A stretch of 64,000 nucleotides of DNA from Octopus bimaculoides (GCF_001194135.2 NC_068999.1:32445920-32509919); one strand, 5' to 3'. Positions 1 to 12,739 are shown, counted from the first letter of the stretch. The notes: generated from the letters alone by a model not told the origin. Program-made: numbers and translations.

Positions 1-485
1 GTATATATATGTATATGTATACATGTGTGTGTGTGTATATATATATAAGAAAATAGGGACAAATAACTTAATGATTATAGTTATTAATTACAAATATAGA
101 CATAATTTCTGACAGCTGTTTCGATTCAAAATTGTTAAAAGTAATTAAAATAATTAAAGCATTATAAAGTTGAATCTTTTCGGAGGTAGAAAGGTATGCT
201 GTTACATTTTCGTTTTTTTATGTATTAAGTGTACAGATTAGATCAGCTAACTGACTATTATTTTATAGAAAAACTTGGTATAAACCTTTTTAAGGGGGGC
301 AAGGCAGTATGTTTAGAGAAGTAAGTATTAAAATAATATACATTGGATGATCATTAAAAGCATAAAGAGGAGAAAAATACAGTAATAAACCCTATATTTA
401 AGTATCAATTTAATATAAGGTTAAATATAAGTGTGACCATCGACAATTTAATTTTCAAAAAATTATGAAGAAAATAAAATGAAAA

Positions 486-1326
486 CTAATATAACACTTA
501 TAAAATATTTGTGTGTATATTTAAGAATATTTTTGCGCATCAGTATTTTGAAACAGAAATAATTAATTATTAACCTATTGTAAAACAGTAAATATTGACT
601 TTCAGTCCTATAGTACTAAGAAAATAACATACACAGAAAAATTTTTATAAGAAAAATATCTTTTATTTCAACTGTGCTAACACTGAATAATATTATAATT
701 AATTTTATGAATTATACTATAGTCATTATTTATTATCCATAGTAATGTGTATGTTACACATTTGATCAAACGTTATTTAGTTTTTTTTATAAAAGGAAAT
801 AAACTCATGTGAACACTTTATGTGTCGGTATCAATACATTTGAAAGAAATAGAAGAACTGCAAACACATATTATACTATAAATTTACTGAACATTTTATT
901 TGAGATGTTTAGTATATTTATATTATGATAATTTGTTTGCGGTTCTTCTATTTCTTTCAAACATCATCATACTTACACATAATGTGTTTACTTGAGTATG
1001 TTTCCTTTTATGAAAACTAAGTAACTTTTGATTGAATTCTTAACGTACACATTACTTTGGATAATAGATAATGACTACAGTATAATTTATAAAATTAGTT
1101 ATAATATTATTCAGTGTTGGTGTAGTTGAGATAAAAGATATTTTTCTTAGAAAATTTTTTTGTGTATATTGTAATTTTATTAGTGGTATAGAACTGAAAG
1201 TCAATATTTGCTGTTTTACAATAGATTAATAACAAATTATTTCTGTTTTAAAAATACTAACTTGCAGAAATATACTTAAATTAATATTCTTAAATATACA
1301 CACACATTTTATAACTGTTATATTAG
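486..1326. mobile_element. ~840-bp AT-rich imperfect palindrome (foldback-like element)
   Basis: The left arm ctaatataacac...tactgaacat (486-894) is the reverse complement of the right arm atgtttagta...gttatattag (905-1326) along its length, with scattered mismatches and indels and a ~10-nt loop. No TSD was resolved. Confidence 0.8.
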
Positions 1327-3809
1327 GCTATTTTATTTTATTCATTATTTTTTTTCAATTAAATTATGAACACTTACAAACGTAAACATATATTGATTCA
1401 GTCTGTTTTGCAATTTTAAATTTCTCATGTGATTTTCGTCCGTTACCCTGATGACATTCTTATCCCAAAATATTTCCATAATATGAATTTTATCCATCTG
1501 TTGTTGGTTTTGAGTTTGAATCAAAACAATTGTAAGGATTGTTTTTATATTTATTCTTATATTTTTGTAATAATAATATAATATTATGTTAATAAATTAG
1601 CATATGTCAATTTGAACACTCCATTTTCCTTTTAACCAGTGAAAATTGGATGTTTTACATCCCTATAAGAGAAGCTCATTTCCTTGCATTGGATATGTAT
1701 GTCCCTTGCCTGCTGCAGATAGGGTTGGACAGTTGTCATAATGATGATGCTATTGAAGCAGAAATGCATTTCTATGACTGTTCCCTTAACTCTAGACAAT
1801 AAACAGTAAGCTTTTTTTTTTTTTTTTTTCATAAATAACATGTCAGCTTTGGATAATTCTTGATTCTTTAGATTGTCTTCCCTTTTCATATGGAGCTGGT
1901 CTCATTTGTTATTTAGTAATTGTGACACATCCTCAGGAAGCAGAGATAATTTTAATGAAATCAAGAATTTATGTTGCTCGTTATTTGATATATCTGTGTT
2001 TGTCTGTCTGTCTGTAATGTATGTATGTATGTTATGTATGTATGTGATCATACTCATAATGTATATATAAGCAATGAGATCTGAATAAGGTACATGTTGA
2101 ATACATACTCCCCCTTTTTTGTTTAATTCTTCCCAAAATTTGTTTGGAATCCTATATTTCTAATAATGGTCATTATTATTTTGTCCCCAAAATAACCTTT
2201 CAAAATTGCAACCTCCATCCCCTCACTGCCAATAATGTTTTGTTTTTCACTTTTTCCCAAAATGTTATGCAAATTCTACATAGGAAAATATCAAGTTTTT
2301 AAAAAATTTGCCACTTCACTTCTTGATCTTCAAGATACCCACCTCACTCCCCATATCAAACATTCCAGACGTTTTTAAACTCAACTACTCATTTTTGCAT
2401 GCGTGGATACTTGTCAAACCAGCAGGCAAAACAAGGAAAACCTTGATGTAAACACGACATGCTAAAAATAACAGCCCAAGTTCTGAAAACAAATTTTTCC
2501 AAATGTTTTTAAAGACATCAGCTTTTTTTTTGCCACAGTGTAAGACAAGTTTTAAATCTTCCAAATCATCTCTAAAAACCAACATATAAATGCCATTTAA
2601 GCCTTTAGGCCAAAACTGTAATTTAATGTGAATTTGTAAAATCAGAAATTCATTGTTTTTCCTAATGGATACATCTTCACAGATTCTTATAGACTTGCAA
2701 TTAGTTCCTGATCCTGACTAAAACCATTCTTTACAAGGCATATTATTTAAATTCAAATTTCAACTTCATTTGCAATATTTTTAAGCTATCACTTCTGTAC
2801 TTTTGCAAGTTTGAATTACAAATATTATCTCTCCTGCACCCTTATGTTTCACACACGCACACACCCACATCTATGTGTGGATGCATGAGTGCACACACTA
2901 CTCCAAAACGCACTTGTACATCTTTCCTCTCTCTCTCCACATCATCATCATCAGCATTCTTCAGTGATGGGAGTATGACTCTATTCAATTTCTATGTTCT
3001 AAGGTCGCATTGTGAGCCTATTTTTCACCTAAAAGAATCTTGGCAATAATGTCAGGAGAATGATGCACAGTTGGGTCTAAGAGCCCTTCTGGTTAACCGG
3101 CTTCCTTTTGTCAACATGGTACCCTTTCTCTTCATGATTACCACCAAAGACATCGCGTCCAGCATTGCATTTTCTCCTCCAGAGCTCATAATCAGATCCA
3201 TCAACAGTCTGCTAGGTAGTATCAATATTAAAGGTTTTTTTAATGTTCATTTTAATTGATCCTTGTTCCTTTTTGCGAATCTACCTTCACACACTACACA
3301 AACATATACATATATTCAATGCACAGTACACAATGTATCAAGGAAACAATACCCCAAAACCCAGTATTCCTTTTACTCATGAACATTATTCAGCTCAAAG
3401 CAAACATTTAATGTATTCTTCTGAAGGAGGAATACTTTAATGGATAAGATACTGAACTGTCTGTTCTATTCACAAGTTATGAGTTCAAATCCACTGCAAG
3501 TAATTTGTTTTTCTGAACTTTATTCTACATTGCTTCAGTTCATCTCACTATGGGGAATAGGCATCAGGTCATCTAGAGGAAGATGCGTAGTGACCCTTAA
3601 AAACCTCTTAGAACTTAAGACTCATCTTCATAGCTATTTTCCATAGCCTCTCATAGTTTCTCCATTTTCTTCCCACTTACTTTTGTTTCTAGTTTTTAAC
3701 ACAAAACCCATCTTCGGTCTTAACAATAATAAAATGGACACCATATTCAAATATTTTTTACATAGTTGGTTTCTTAACTTTGTTTGAGGCTTAATAAGAA
3801 AGACAGTAG

Positions 3810-4369
3810 GGATCTTTTTTAAAACGGGGGCCACATTTTTCATTAACGAAACACTTTGAAACTTGGAACACTGGTAGAATGTGTCATATAAAACATCTTT
3901 TTCTCTTAGTCTTCTTAAAAAAAAAAAGAAATCCCTAAGTTATTCCATGTTAAAGTTGTCGTATTTCTGTAATTTCAACCAATCACTGACGTCCATTCAG
4001 CCGATATACATTAAGTGCCGACTACATAAACAAACGATTCTGAAACAATTCTATCGGTGATAGGCTTAGGGTTAGGGTAAAACAGCAAATTTAAAAAGAA
4101 AAAAGCAAAACGAAGCTATGGAAATTAAATACGCTTTACACCGCTTAATCAGCCAAAGGAGTAAATGTAAACAACTGAATACTTGTCAGTGATTGGTTGA
4201 AATTATCGAAATAAGACAATTTTTTACATGAAATAAATTCGAATACAAAAATATTTTTCTGTTCTATAACACAAAATAGATAAGTATACAAAGTTTGAAA
4301 GTCTTTCCGTATCAAAAACACTACGTAAAACATTAATGAAAAATGTGGCCCCCTTTTTAAAAAAGATCC
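3810..4369. mobile_element. 560-bp non-autonomous DNA transposon with 39-bp TIRs and exact 8-bp TSD (Merlin- or MULE/hAT-like)
   Basis: TIRs ggatcttttttaaaacgggggccacatttttcattaacg (3810-3848) and cattaatgaaaaatgtggccccctttttaaaaaagatcc (4331-4369) match at 37/39. The direct repeat gacagtag lies at 3802-3809 and 4370-4377. There is a second internal inverted pair at ~3947-4012 / ~4163-4230. Confidence 0.9.
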
Positions 4370-4774
4370 GACAGTAGTGATGACCTTCTTACTGGGACTC
4401 TAAGATTGGTGGGAGAAAGTTATTTTGAGACCTGAGACTTGGTCTAAATTCTTGTAATAGATTAAACACTACTGCAGTCGTCCAGTACTTGGAATAATAT
4501 AAACAAAAACTCTCCCATTTGCTTGTGATACGTGATGATTTGACTTTCTTGAAAGCCCCTTTACTGGCTTGCAATACTGAATCATGTGGCTTGTATATCT
4601 TCTATTATGACTTCCACCAAATCCTTCTCGTTAACTATTTTCAAAGCAGGTCACCTTAGCACAGAACTTCACTATCATTGTCCACTTTATTAATAATTGT
4701 TGCATCTCTCTACAACTCCAATTCCTCTTTTTCTCTTTTTAATACATTTTTAGCATATCAGAATAATAATTTTC

Positions 4775-4998
4775 TTAACCTTTTTGTTACCATATTTCTT
4801 TTGAAAAACATTACTTTGTTTCAATTAATTTTTAAAATGAAGAATTTAGTAAAATAATTTTGTCGTTATTAAGTCGATGTTTGGAATAAATCAATATGAA
4901 ATTTTGGTGGAAGGCTTTAATTTAGACCACTTTAAAGCGGAAAGTTTGTGTCATAGAACCAGGTGTGCTTTGAGGCAGGTTGGTGTCAATAAGGTTAA
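4775..4998 (+). mobile_element. TTAA-flanked MITE family B (piggyBac-like)
   Basis: ttaa-cctttttgttaccat ... ggtgtcaataagg-ttaa; homologous to the copies at 17282 and 36965. Confidence 0.8.
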
Positions 4999-5892
4999 AC
5001 TTTTTTTAAATGTTTATAGATTACATTTATCTGAGATACCATTATTTTAACATTGACTCTCTCCGATGCAGATGTTTTAATAACCACCACATCAATGCCT
5101 TCAGTCTTGTAAATGTAGAAGAGTGGCATAAGTATAGGAGGCTCTACAAAGGTCATGGTCTCTAACTCCTTCCCCTTCACTAATTTGTAAAAAAAACAAA
5201 AAAACAAAAAACAAAAAAAAAACAACAAATAAAAAAGCCAAACAAACAAAAAGAGCAAAAGACAGTAGTGTTGTTTAGTGAAATATTTCAAGTTGACCTA
5301 TGTTCTAAAGAATGTTTGACTGTATGACCAATGTTGTAGGCTATCAATAATTATATTACCAGAGCAGGTACAAAGTTAGTGTGGTGTAAGCTGACATTAA
5401 CACAGGTGCATCACTGATTAATAAGACCAGTGAAGCTGCAACAACAACAGCTGCTGCTACTGCCGCTACTACTACTTACTACACATTATTGGATTTTTAA
5501 TGATCTAGTGAAATGAGGTCATCAGAATACTTCCTTTTGTACACAGAAATAGGTTTCATTTTTCTCCTTCTCATGTGCATGTATAGGCATATGTGCGTCA
5601 TAGATACATACACACATGTATACATACATACATACATGCATATATATATATAATTATCTGATGATCAGCAACAAGAAACTTGAGTAATGATTTGTGAAGT
5701 TTCAGCTTCCACTTGTTTAGATTTTTCTCCAGAAAGAGAATACTCAGTACTGGGAAAAAATTCCATATTAAGTCCTCTATTTTCTTCCTCTTGTTTACAC
5801 GAGTGTGTGTGTGTGTGTCTATTAGCTACGATGTTGCATAAGTAGCTTTACACACACACACACACATGTATGTGTGTATGTATATATAAAGC

Positions 5893-6223
5893 TTTTATCT
5901 TTTACTTGTTTCAGTCATTAGACTGTGGCCATGCTGGGACACTACTTTGAATTTTTAGTTGAATGAATCGACCCCCCAGGATTTCATTTTTAAGCCTGGT
6001 TCTTATTCCATCAATCTCTTTTGCCGAATTACTGTTACAGGAACATAAACAGACCAACACCGGTTGTCAAGTGGTGATTGGGGCACAAAGACAGACACCA
6101 GATCCATTTACAAGGCTTTGGTTAGCCCGAGGCTATAGTAGAAGACACTTGCCCAAGGTGCCACACAGTGGGACAAAACCCAGAACCATGTGGCTGGGAA
6201 GCAAGCTTCTTATCACACAGCCA
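5893..6223 (-). mobile_element. tRNA-derived SINE family S1
   Basis: The reverse strand reads tggctgtgtgataagaagcttgcttcccagccacatggttctgggttttgtccc...ccttgggcaagtgtcttctactatagcc...aatgactgaaacaagtaaaag. The family recurs more than 10 times in the window. Confidence 0.9.
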
Positions 6224-6232
6224 TCTCTGTGT

Positions 6233-6496
6233 GTAGTGGCTGTGTGGTAAGAAGCTTGCTTCCCGACCACATGGTTCCTGGTTCAGTCCCACAGCATGGC
6301 ACCTTGTCTTCTACTATAGCCTTGGGCCAACCAAAACCTCATGAGTGGATTTACGTCCCTGTAACTTAGCAGTTCGGCAAAATATACCGATAGAATAAGT
6401 ACTAGGCTTACTAAGAATAAGTCCTGTGATAGATTAGTGACTAAAGGCGGTGCTCCTGCATGGCCGCAGTCAAATGAGTGAGACAATTAAAAGAGT
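6233..6496 (+). mobile_element. tRNA-derived SINE family S1 (internally deleted), head-to-head with the previous copy
   Basis: Head ggctgtgtggtaagaagcttgcttcccgaccacatggttcctggttcagtccc; tail gcatggccgcagtcaaatgagtgagac. Confidence 0.9.
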
Positions 6497-7407
6497 ACAT
6501 ATATAAAGGTCTGCACCTTTATAGACATATATAGTGTTGCTATTATGCGAAAGTATCATAAGTCCATAATGTTGCATTTTCAGAAAATGAAAAAATAGTT
6601 TCGCCATACCATAGCAAAACTGTCGTACTACACTTTGACAATTTTTGATATCTTGGTATTTGAAGCAGTTGGAGATATGATAGTTTGACCAAAAGAACTG
6701 GCTATTGCAAGCAAAAATAAATATTGAAAAAAAAAACATGTTTGGCCAAATTTGGACATACGACAGTTTAACATAATAGCAACGGTATATATATATTATC
6801 TATCTATGTATCTATCTATCTCTTTATATATATATGGTATCTTGGGATGATTTTTTTTTTGTCTAATATGCTATATATTTGTTCTTCACTTCATGAAGTG
6901 AAGAATGAGTATATAGTGCATGTGGTTATTTAGCAAAAACAAAGAGAAAGAAAGAACATCCTGAAATATAACAATATCTGTTTTAACACACAATTTCACA
7001 TCAGAAATCTTGCAAAACAAATACATAAACATATATATAAAAATCAAAATAAGCAACACTGATTTTAAAGATGATTGCAGTACGCACGTTTCATGCTACT
7101 CCATTTATTTAAGTAATGCAAGCATTACATTAAATGCAATATGTAGAGCAATCTTCAGCTGCACAAAAATGTAGAAAAATTACAGTAGAATAGACATCTT
7201 ATAATTGTGGCAACATTTAAAATCCAAGTGGGAAGAAGAATACATAAAAATCCATCTTGACATAGCCAAGGCTAGCAGACTAGTAATTAGTTTTAGGTAG
7301 AATTCTAACTGTCTCTGATTTTATTGTCTCTTATCTAGTGGTTATAGTATAAGGGGCAATCCCTTATATTCAATTTTGAATCTAAATCTAAATCTTATAT
7401 TCCTCAT

Positions 7408-7645
7408 GAGAGGAATCATATGTAGTGTGCAAGAGAGAAGATTGTGCTGGTCATGTGATGCATATGAATGAGGGCAGCTGCATAAAGAATTGCTGGTTGC
7501 TTAAGTAGAAGAGAGGGACCCAAGAAGACATCGGATGAAAGTATGGAGGCTGTGCTGAAGGTGCTGAGCCACACAGAGGAGATAACAAAGGACTAAAATA
7601 ATTGGTGATTTACTGTGCTGGAAAAGACCTATCCAGTACAGCCCC
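7408..7645 (+). mobile_element. Decayed RTE-clade LINE, ORF C-terminal fragment
   Basis: Broken frames give VQERRL..GHVMHMNEGSCIKNCW..GPKKTSDE..VLKVL..EEITKD..W..VLEKT, matching the RTE C-terminal pattern RRLRWYGHVMRM...GRPKKTW. Confidence 0.7.
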
Positions 7646-8444
7646 TGCACCTATTCTGTGAACTCCATTGAGCATTCTTTACACCTCATCCTCCTAACAC
7701 CTATCCATACATCACTCCTGAAATATGGTACCACTTGGCTGTTGTGATCATTGGCAAATATAATTAACACACATTGCGTCCCCAATTTTTTTACTCTACC
7801 AGTTACCTCCTCCTCACCTGGAACCATCTCTTATTACCATCCATTCCTTATTTTCTTCAGTTTTCCCTACACTATTTTTCATCTATCATCCCCTTTCTAT
7901 GCCCTTAGTTATTTCTCTCTACTCTGAGATACATCTTAGGCCATCATTACCATCTCATATCGGTTATCATTCTCAACTCCCTCTCATATCCACCATTGAT
8001 GCCCCTCTCCTTTTAGTTGCTCCACTCATTATGACCTTTTAACTCTCTTACTTCAGCTCACCTCCATACTGATATTTCCATCAACTGCACCACCACCCTT
8101 GTTCATCACTCACTACATTCAGATCTAATCCCATTTCTCACTCTTATGAAATTACCCACCATTCCCCCCCTCTCCTGATCCACTGTCCATATTCTCACTT
8201 ATACTCACTTTCTTGAGAGTTCACTCTTGCTCCTTGTCACCACGATCTTTATCTTCTTTGTGGTTACTCCCACTTTATATAATGTTGGGTAGCCATGTAA
8301 TTCCTGTATGGTAAAACACCTGTGCTTGTCTCTCTCTCTCATACATTAGCATCTCAATATCTGTGATAAAGCTACCTTCCCTTCTCTCATGTATATTTCC
8401 CACTCATGCAAAGGGGCTTTTCCTTTTTCTTTTATAGTCTTGGA

Positions 8445-8636
8445 AGTTACTTGGCCACCTCACTAGTGCTGGTGGCATAAAAAATGCACACAGTACACTC
8501 TGTAAAGTGGTTGACGTTAGGAAAGGCAATCAACTTCAGAAGCTGTACCAAAGCTGGTATTGGAGCTGGTGGCTCAATGGATTATGTCAAACTGCTCAAC
8601 CCAATCCAGCAAGGAAAATGGATGTTAAATGATGAT
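8445..8636 (+). mobile_element. RTE-type LINE 3' UTR fragment
   Basis: gtgctggtggcataaaaaatgcac...gtcaaactgctcaacccaatccagcaaggaaaatggatgttaaatgatgat, the same (GAT)n-tailed 3' end as at 41246 and 43476. Confidence 0.7.
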
Positions 8637-8927
8637 ATACACACATGCATGTGTGTGTGTGTGTGTGTGTGTGCATATGATGCCCTCATTTAATTTACAT
8701 AGATTCACCCTACCTCTTTAAATATTTTAAAATAATTTATATTTTTGGTTTGTTTATTATTTAATGTAGGAAATGCATAAAATTTAGTGCCTTAACATGT
8801 GTGCATTTACGTATGCATGCATGAATTGTTAAGGGGGAAAATCTGTGATGTCATGTGGGAATTCTAAAGGTTAAAGTTGTTCAAAAGTACAATGCTTTTT
8901 GTATTATTGTTTAATAATCTTTTTTTC

Positions 8928-9085
8928 ATCATCATTGTCATCGTCGTTTAACATCCTCTTTCCATGCTGGTATGGGTTGGACGGTTTGGCTGAGAACTGG
9001 CAAGCCGGGAGGTTGCACCAGGCTCCAATCTGATTTGGCAGGGTTTCTACACTTCAAGAGTGCTTTTTATGTGCACCGGCATGGA
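8928..9085 (-). mobile_element. RTE-type LINE 3' UTR fragment
   Basis: catcatcattgtcatcgtcgtttaacatcctctttccatgctggtatgggttggacgg, the reverse complement of the (GAT)n-tailed 3' end. Confidence 0.8.
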
Positions 9086-11930
9086 TGATAATTCTTATTT
9101 CCTCAAATCATTGTGATCATCTCTTGTTTTCCGCTTGTGTCTCAGACTTCAAACCATGGTCCTTAGTTTATGCAAGGTAGATGTTATTTTGATGACAACA
9201 CTCTCCATAATATATGTGCTGTTCATAGGAAGATTGGTCTTTTGAGTTCTTGTACAGTGATGCTTTATGAGATTTTTGTTTTTGATAAAGTTTCGCTCTC
9301 ACCCCCACTTTTTTAAAAATTTTATTAATTCATGTTCTTCAGTAACTACTGGTATGGTTTAGGTGGTCATGGCCTACATTCTGGAGATCTTAATGCCAGT
9401 GGTTTTTATATATCGGCAGTTGTTCTGTGAACTTAATTGTGGTGTTAGTCTGCTGGTATTGTTCTGTCAATCATCATATAGGTTCTTTTGTCTTTGGTGT
9501 TTTTAATTATGATGTCAGGTTTGTTTTCTTTGATTTCCCTATCTGTCTGCACTGGCATGTCTTGTAGTATGGTAACATTATTATTCTTGGCAACTATTTC
9601 TGGTTTGCAGTTAAACCAACTTTCAGAGGATTTGAAGTGATATTCTCTGCAGATTTTCCAGTATAAGTATGCTGCTGTCTTGTCATAGCAGTAGATTTTT
9701 TTTTTTTTTTCTAAAACTGGGCAACCAGAAATGATGGAGTCAACAGTTTCTTTAAAGTATCAAAAGACCCATGTATCCCATACATTTTGTCTGTGCTGTG
9801 TTTGATGATGTGAGGTGGTATGACCTGCTACTAAGACTTTGAATTTCGGCTTTGATGATAAGGCCTTCATGCTTTTATTTTGTGTCCAGTACCTTTGAGC
9901 CACTGATCTGTCTGTTGTTGGTCAACATCTATCTCTTTAAACATATATTGGTATTTGCTATGCATGACTTATTCTTACCAAATTTTCCTTTTTGTTTGAG
10001 GCGATGTAGTTTTACCATTTGTTTTATTCTGTGGGCAAAAGATATTGTTGCCTTATTTTTATTTTATATTATTTCAGGGATATTCAGTTCTTGTGAGAAT
10101 TTTCTTGACTCTTTCATGGTGATATATGATCATTTCCAGAAAGGGATCTTGTGAAGTCAAAAGGTAGAGGTGTATTGGCCTATAGTGGTCATTTTGTAGG
10201 TTAGGGTTGTACTAAAATTCTGCTTCCTTCTGTTCATGGTGGGTAAATTCTATCAACATCTGACTTTGGGTGGCGCATTAAGGCTATTACCACCATGTTC
10301 CTTGTTTTAGTATCCAATTTTTCTATTTTTATTCATTGTCTGGTTTATGATGTTGAAACTATGTTACTATAGATAACACTTCTGTTAGTCCAGGCGGTTA
10401 AATAAGTTGTTTTTTTTATTTGGCTTCTTGAAGTATGCATTTTTAATTATATGCAGCTGATCTTTTTGCACTCTTCTACATCCTTTCTGCTCTGTTGATG
10501 GCAGGTGATTGTTGATTAGGAAGGTGTAGGCCCACTCAGTGTTCTTAAAGGTAAGGATCTTTTACACTGCAGGTAATGGGTCTATGATACTGAGGGGCTT
10601 TGTGACCTCTTTCTTAGCAAACAGTTAAGTTATGCCTTGTGTTAGCCAATGCAGATAATCATATAGATATTTTTTCATGTGATTGTATACATTAGTTAGG
10701 TGTTGGCAGATTTTTTTCTATCCAGAAATTTGCAATTCCATTAAGCCCAGTTGCTGGTCTTTTTTTTTTATAGCATTTATGGTCTCAGTGATGTCAATAT
10801 CTGACCATTCTTAGGTATCTGTGTTCTTATTTTGCTTGGCTGCTTTTGAATCCAGGTTGCTTCCTTTTGTTGGTGTTTGTCACTTTCTCAGATTTTGCTC
10901 CAGAAATCAACTTCTTTACTTTTAGGTGGTTGGTTGACTTCTATTTTCCTTTTCTCCCATATCTCTACAGAGCTTCTTTGCATCCTCTTTGAAGCCATAT
11001 TCTGTTTAAAGAAATTAATTCTATTCTCATATCTCTTAAGTCTCCATGCTATTGCTTGGACCTTTTGTGTTAGTATTTCTTTGGCTGATGATATATCAGT
11101 CAGCTTTCTGATGTTAAGCTGTATCTCTTGTTTCTTCTTTCTCTTTTTAATGTTTGTCCCTATTTCTGTTTCACTCAGGAAAGATAAGTCTCCATGTAAT
11201 CTCTTCAGTTCTTTCTCAATGTTATCCTTCCATTGTATTTGTTTCCTTTTCCTTTGGGATTTTCGCTGGGATTTTTCACTCATTGTTCCTGATTTTACTG
11301 ATGCTGAAGCATACATCAGTTGATCTCCATTAAATCCAGGTTAATTCTCCATTATGGTTCTGATCTTGTGTGTGACCAGATATCTGGCCTAAATATTCTA
11401 CTTGTTCAAACTATCCAAAACTGGCCTTTCATACCTATCCTGCAGTGTCATTCTAGAAAGAAATAATTATATAAAAATCTCAAAGCTATGAGATAATGCA
11501 TAAATAATTGAAAACAATATGAATAAATAAGCATTATATTTGACAATAATCTGAATTCTAAAGGGATTAAGGGATTTTCTTTGATTTGATTTCTGTCTAA
11601 TGTTTGCTGCCATTTCTGATTTTCCTCATCGTAGCCTGTGCCTTATTGGTGTAATGTCTCAAATACTTGGATCTTGGACATTTATTTCTTTGATCTGTTT
11701 CAGTTGTTTCACTTTGGCTAGTGTTAAGATATATTCTTGGCTCATAGTCTTGGTCAGCCCTGTTAGTCATGCTTTGTTTGGTGGTGATAAGTCTCCGAGA
11801 TTCTTTTTTTTTAATGATATTCTGTTCAGCGTCAATGATTTTGTTATTTATCAAATTGTCTTTTCCTGTGTTTGACAATGTTTCTATGGTAAGACTAACC
11901 ACCCTCTTCTAGAAACCATTATAAGCCCTT
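9085..11930 (-). mobile_element. Decayed R4/Dong-like non-LTR retrotransposon with restriction-like endonuclease; RT core deleted; interrupted by a MITE
   Basis: The minus strand gives ETVDSIISGCP..YLYWKICREY..W..KPEIVAKNNNVTILQDMPVQTDREIKENKPDIIIKN..TYMIDRTIPAD (zinc-knuckle remnant plus PD-(D/E)xK region, ~9745-9440). It also gives TAHILWRVLSSK* (stop at 9184), HPKSDVDRIY, GC..KDQL and the pre-RT WKDNIEKELKRL..DLSFL..QKVQAIAWRLKRY ORF (10888-11316). It has many stops and frameshifts. Confidence 0.85.
11375..11570 (-). mobile_element. TTAA MITE family A inserted in the Dong/R4 element
   Basis: Reverse complement of the family A consensus, ending gaataaataagcattatatttgacaataatctgaattctaaagggattaa. 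Confidence 0.8.
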
Positions 11931-12084
11931 ACCTTTTCTCCCTATTATAGAAATAAATTATTATTAGTAGTGTTATAAAGTGTATGTCATTAATCACAAC
12001 TTGTCTTCGAATCTGCCATTTTCATGGTGTTGTCATACTCACTCAGGGTTAACTAGATCTGTAAATTCAAATATTTGCATCTGT

Positions 12085-12340
12085 AACATCATCATCAGCA
12101 GCAGCATTGAATGTCTGTTTTACATGGTGGCATGGGTTGGACAGTTTGACAGGAGCTGGCCTGTTGAAGAGCTGTCCAGGCTTCATGTCTATTTTGGCAT
12201 GGTTTCTAGAGCTGGATGCCCTTCCTAATGCCAAGCACGTCACAGAGTGTATTGGGTGTTTTTATACAGCACCAGAATGAATGCTTTTATGTGACACTAG
12301 AACAGGTGCTTTTTACATGATGAGCCCACAAGATTAGGAA
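12085..12340 (-). mobile_element. RTE-type LINE 3' UTR fragment
   Basis: catcatcatcagcagc...catggtggcatgggttggacagtttgac...ctggatgcccttcctaatgccaa. Confidence 0.75.
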
Positions 12341-12739
12341 CATTTAGCTGGAGAGGGTTGCAGGGGACATGCTTGTATGCAAGAACCAACACAATTTTAC
12401 ATAGTAAATCTCATGTGGGATCAGCTTCCATCCACATTCAAATGTTTGAGCATGTTGATGCTATACTACATGGTGGACATCATACACTATACCATCACAT
12501 GATGGACATAGTTGCTATACACATAGTAGGCATTCACTCCATTAATACATGGTGGCTATATGCACATGACATGGTGGACGCAGACACACTCACTAATCAC
12601 CAAATGGCACTCATACACACATGCACACTAAACACCGCATGATGGACCAACATATTAAAATGTTACATAATCCACCTGGGTATTTTTGTTCTAGGTAAAT
12701 TGTGGATCCTCTACCTGAGTCTACCAACTTTTAACTGTT

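Noticed and set aside
4064-4079. ttagggttaggg as an interstitial telomere
   Set aside because: Only two units, lying inside a transposon.
7205-7282. Protein-like frame LWQHLKSKWEEEYIKIHLDIAKASRL ending at a gtaatt donor
   Set aside because: An in-frame TAA lies immediately upstream with no AG acceptor in between.
10877-11875. Hydrophobic plus-strand ORFs (148 aa, 91 aa) as membrane proteins
   Set aside because: Antisense shadows of the A-rich R4/Dong coding strand.
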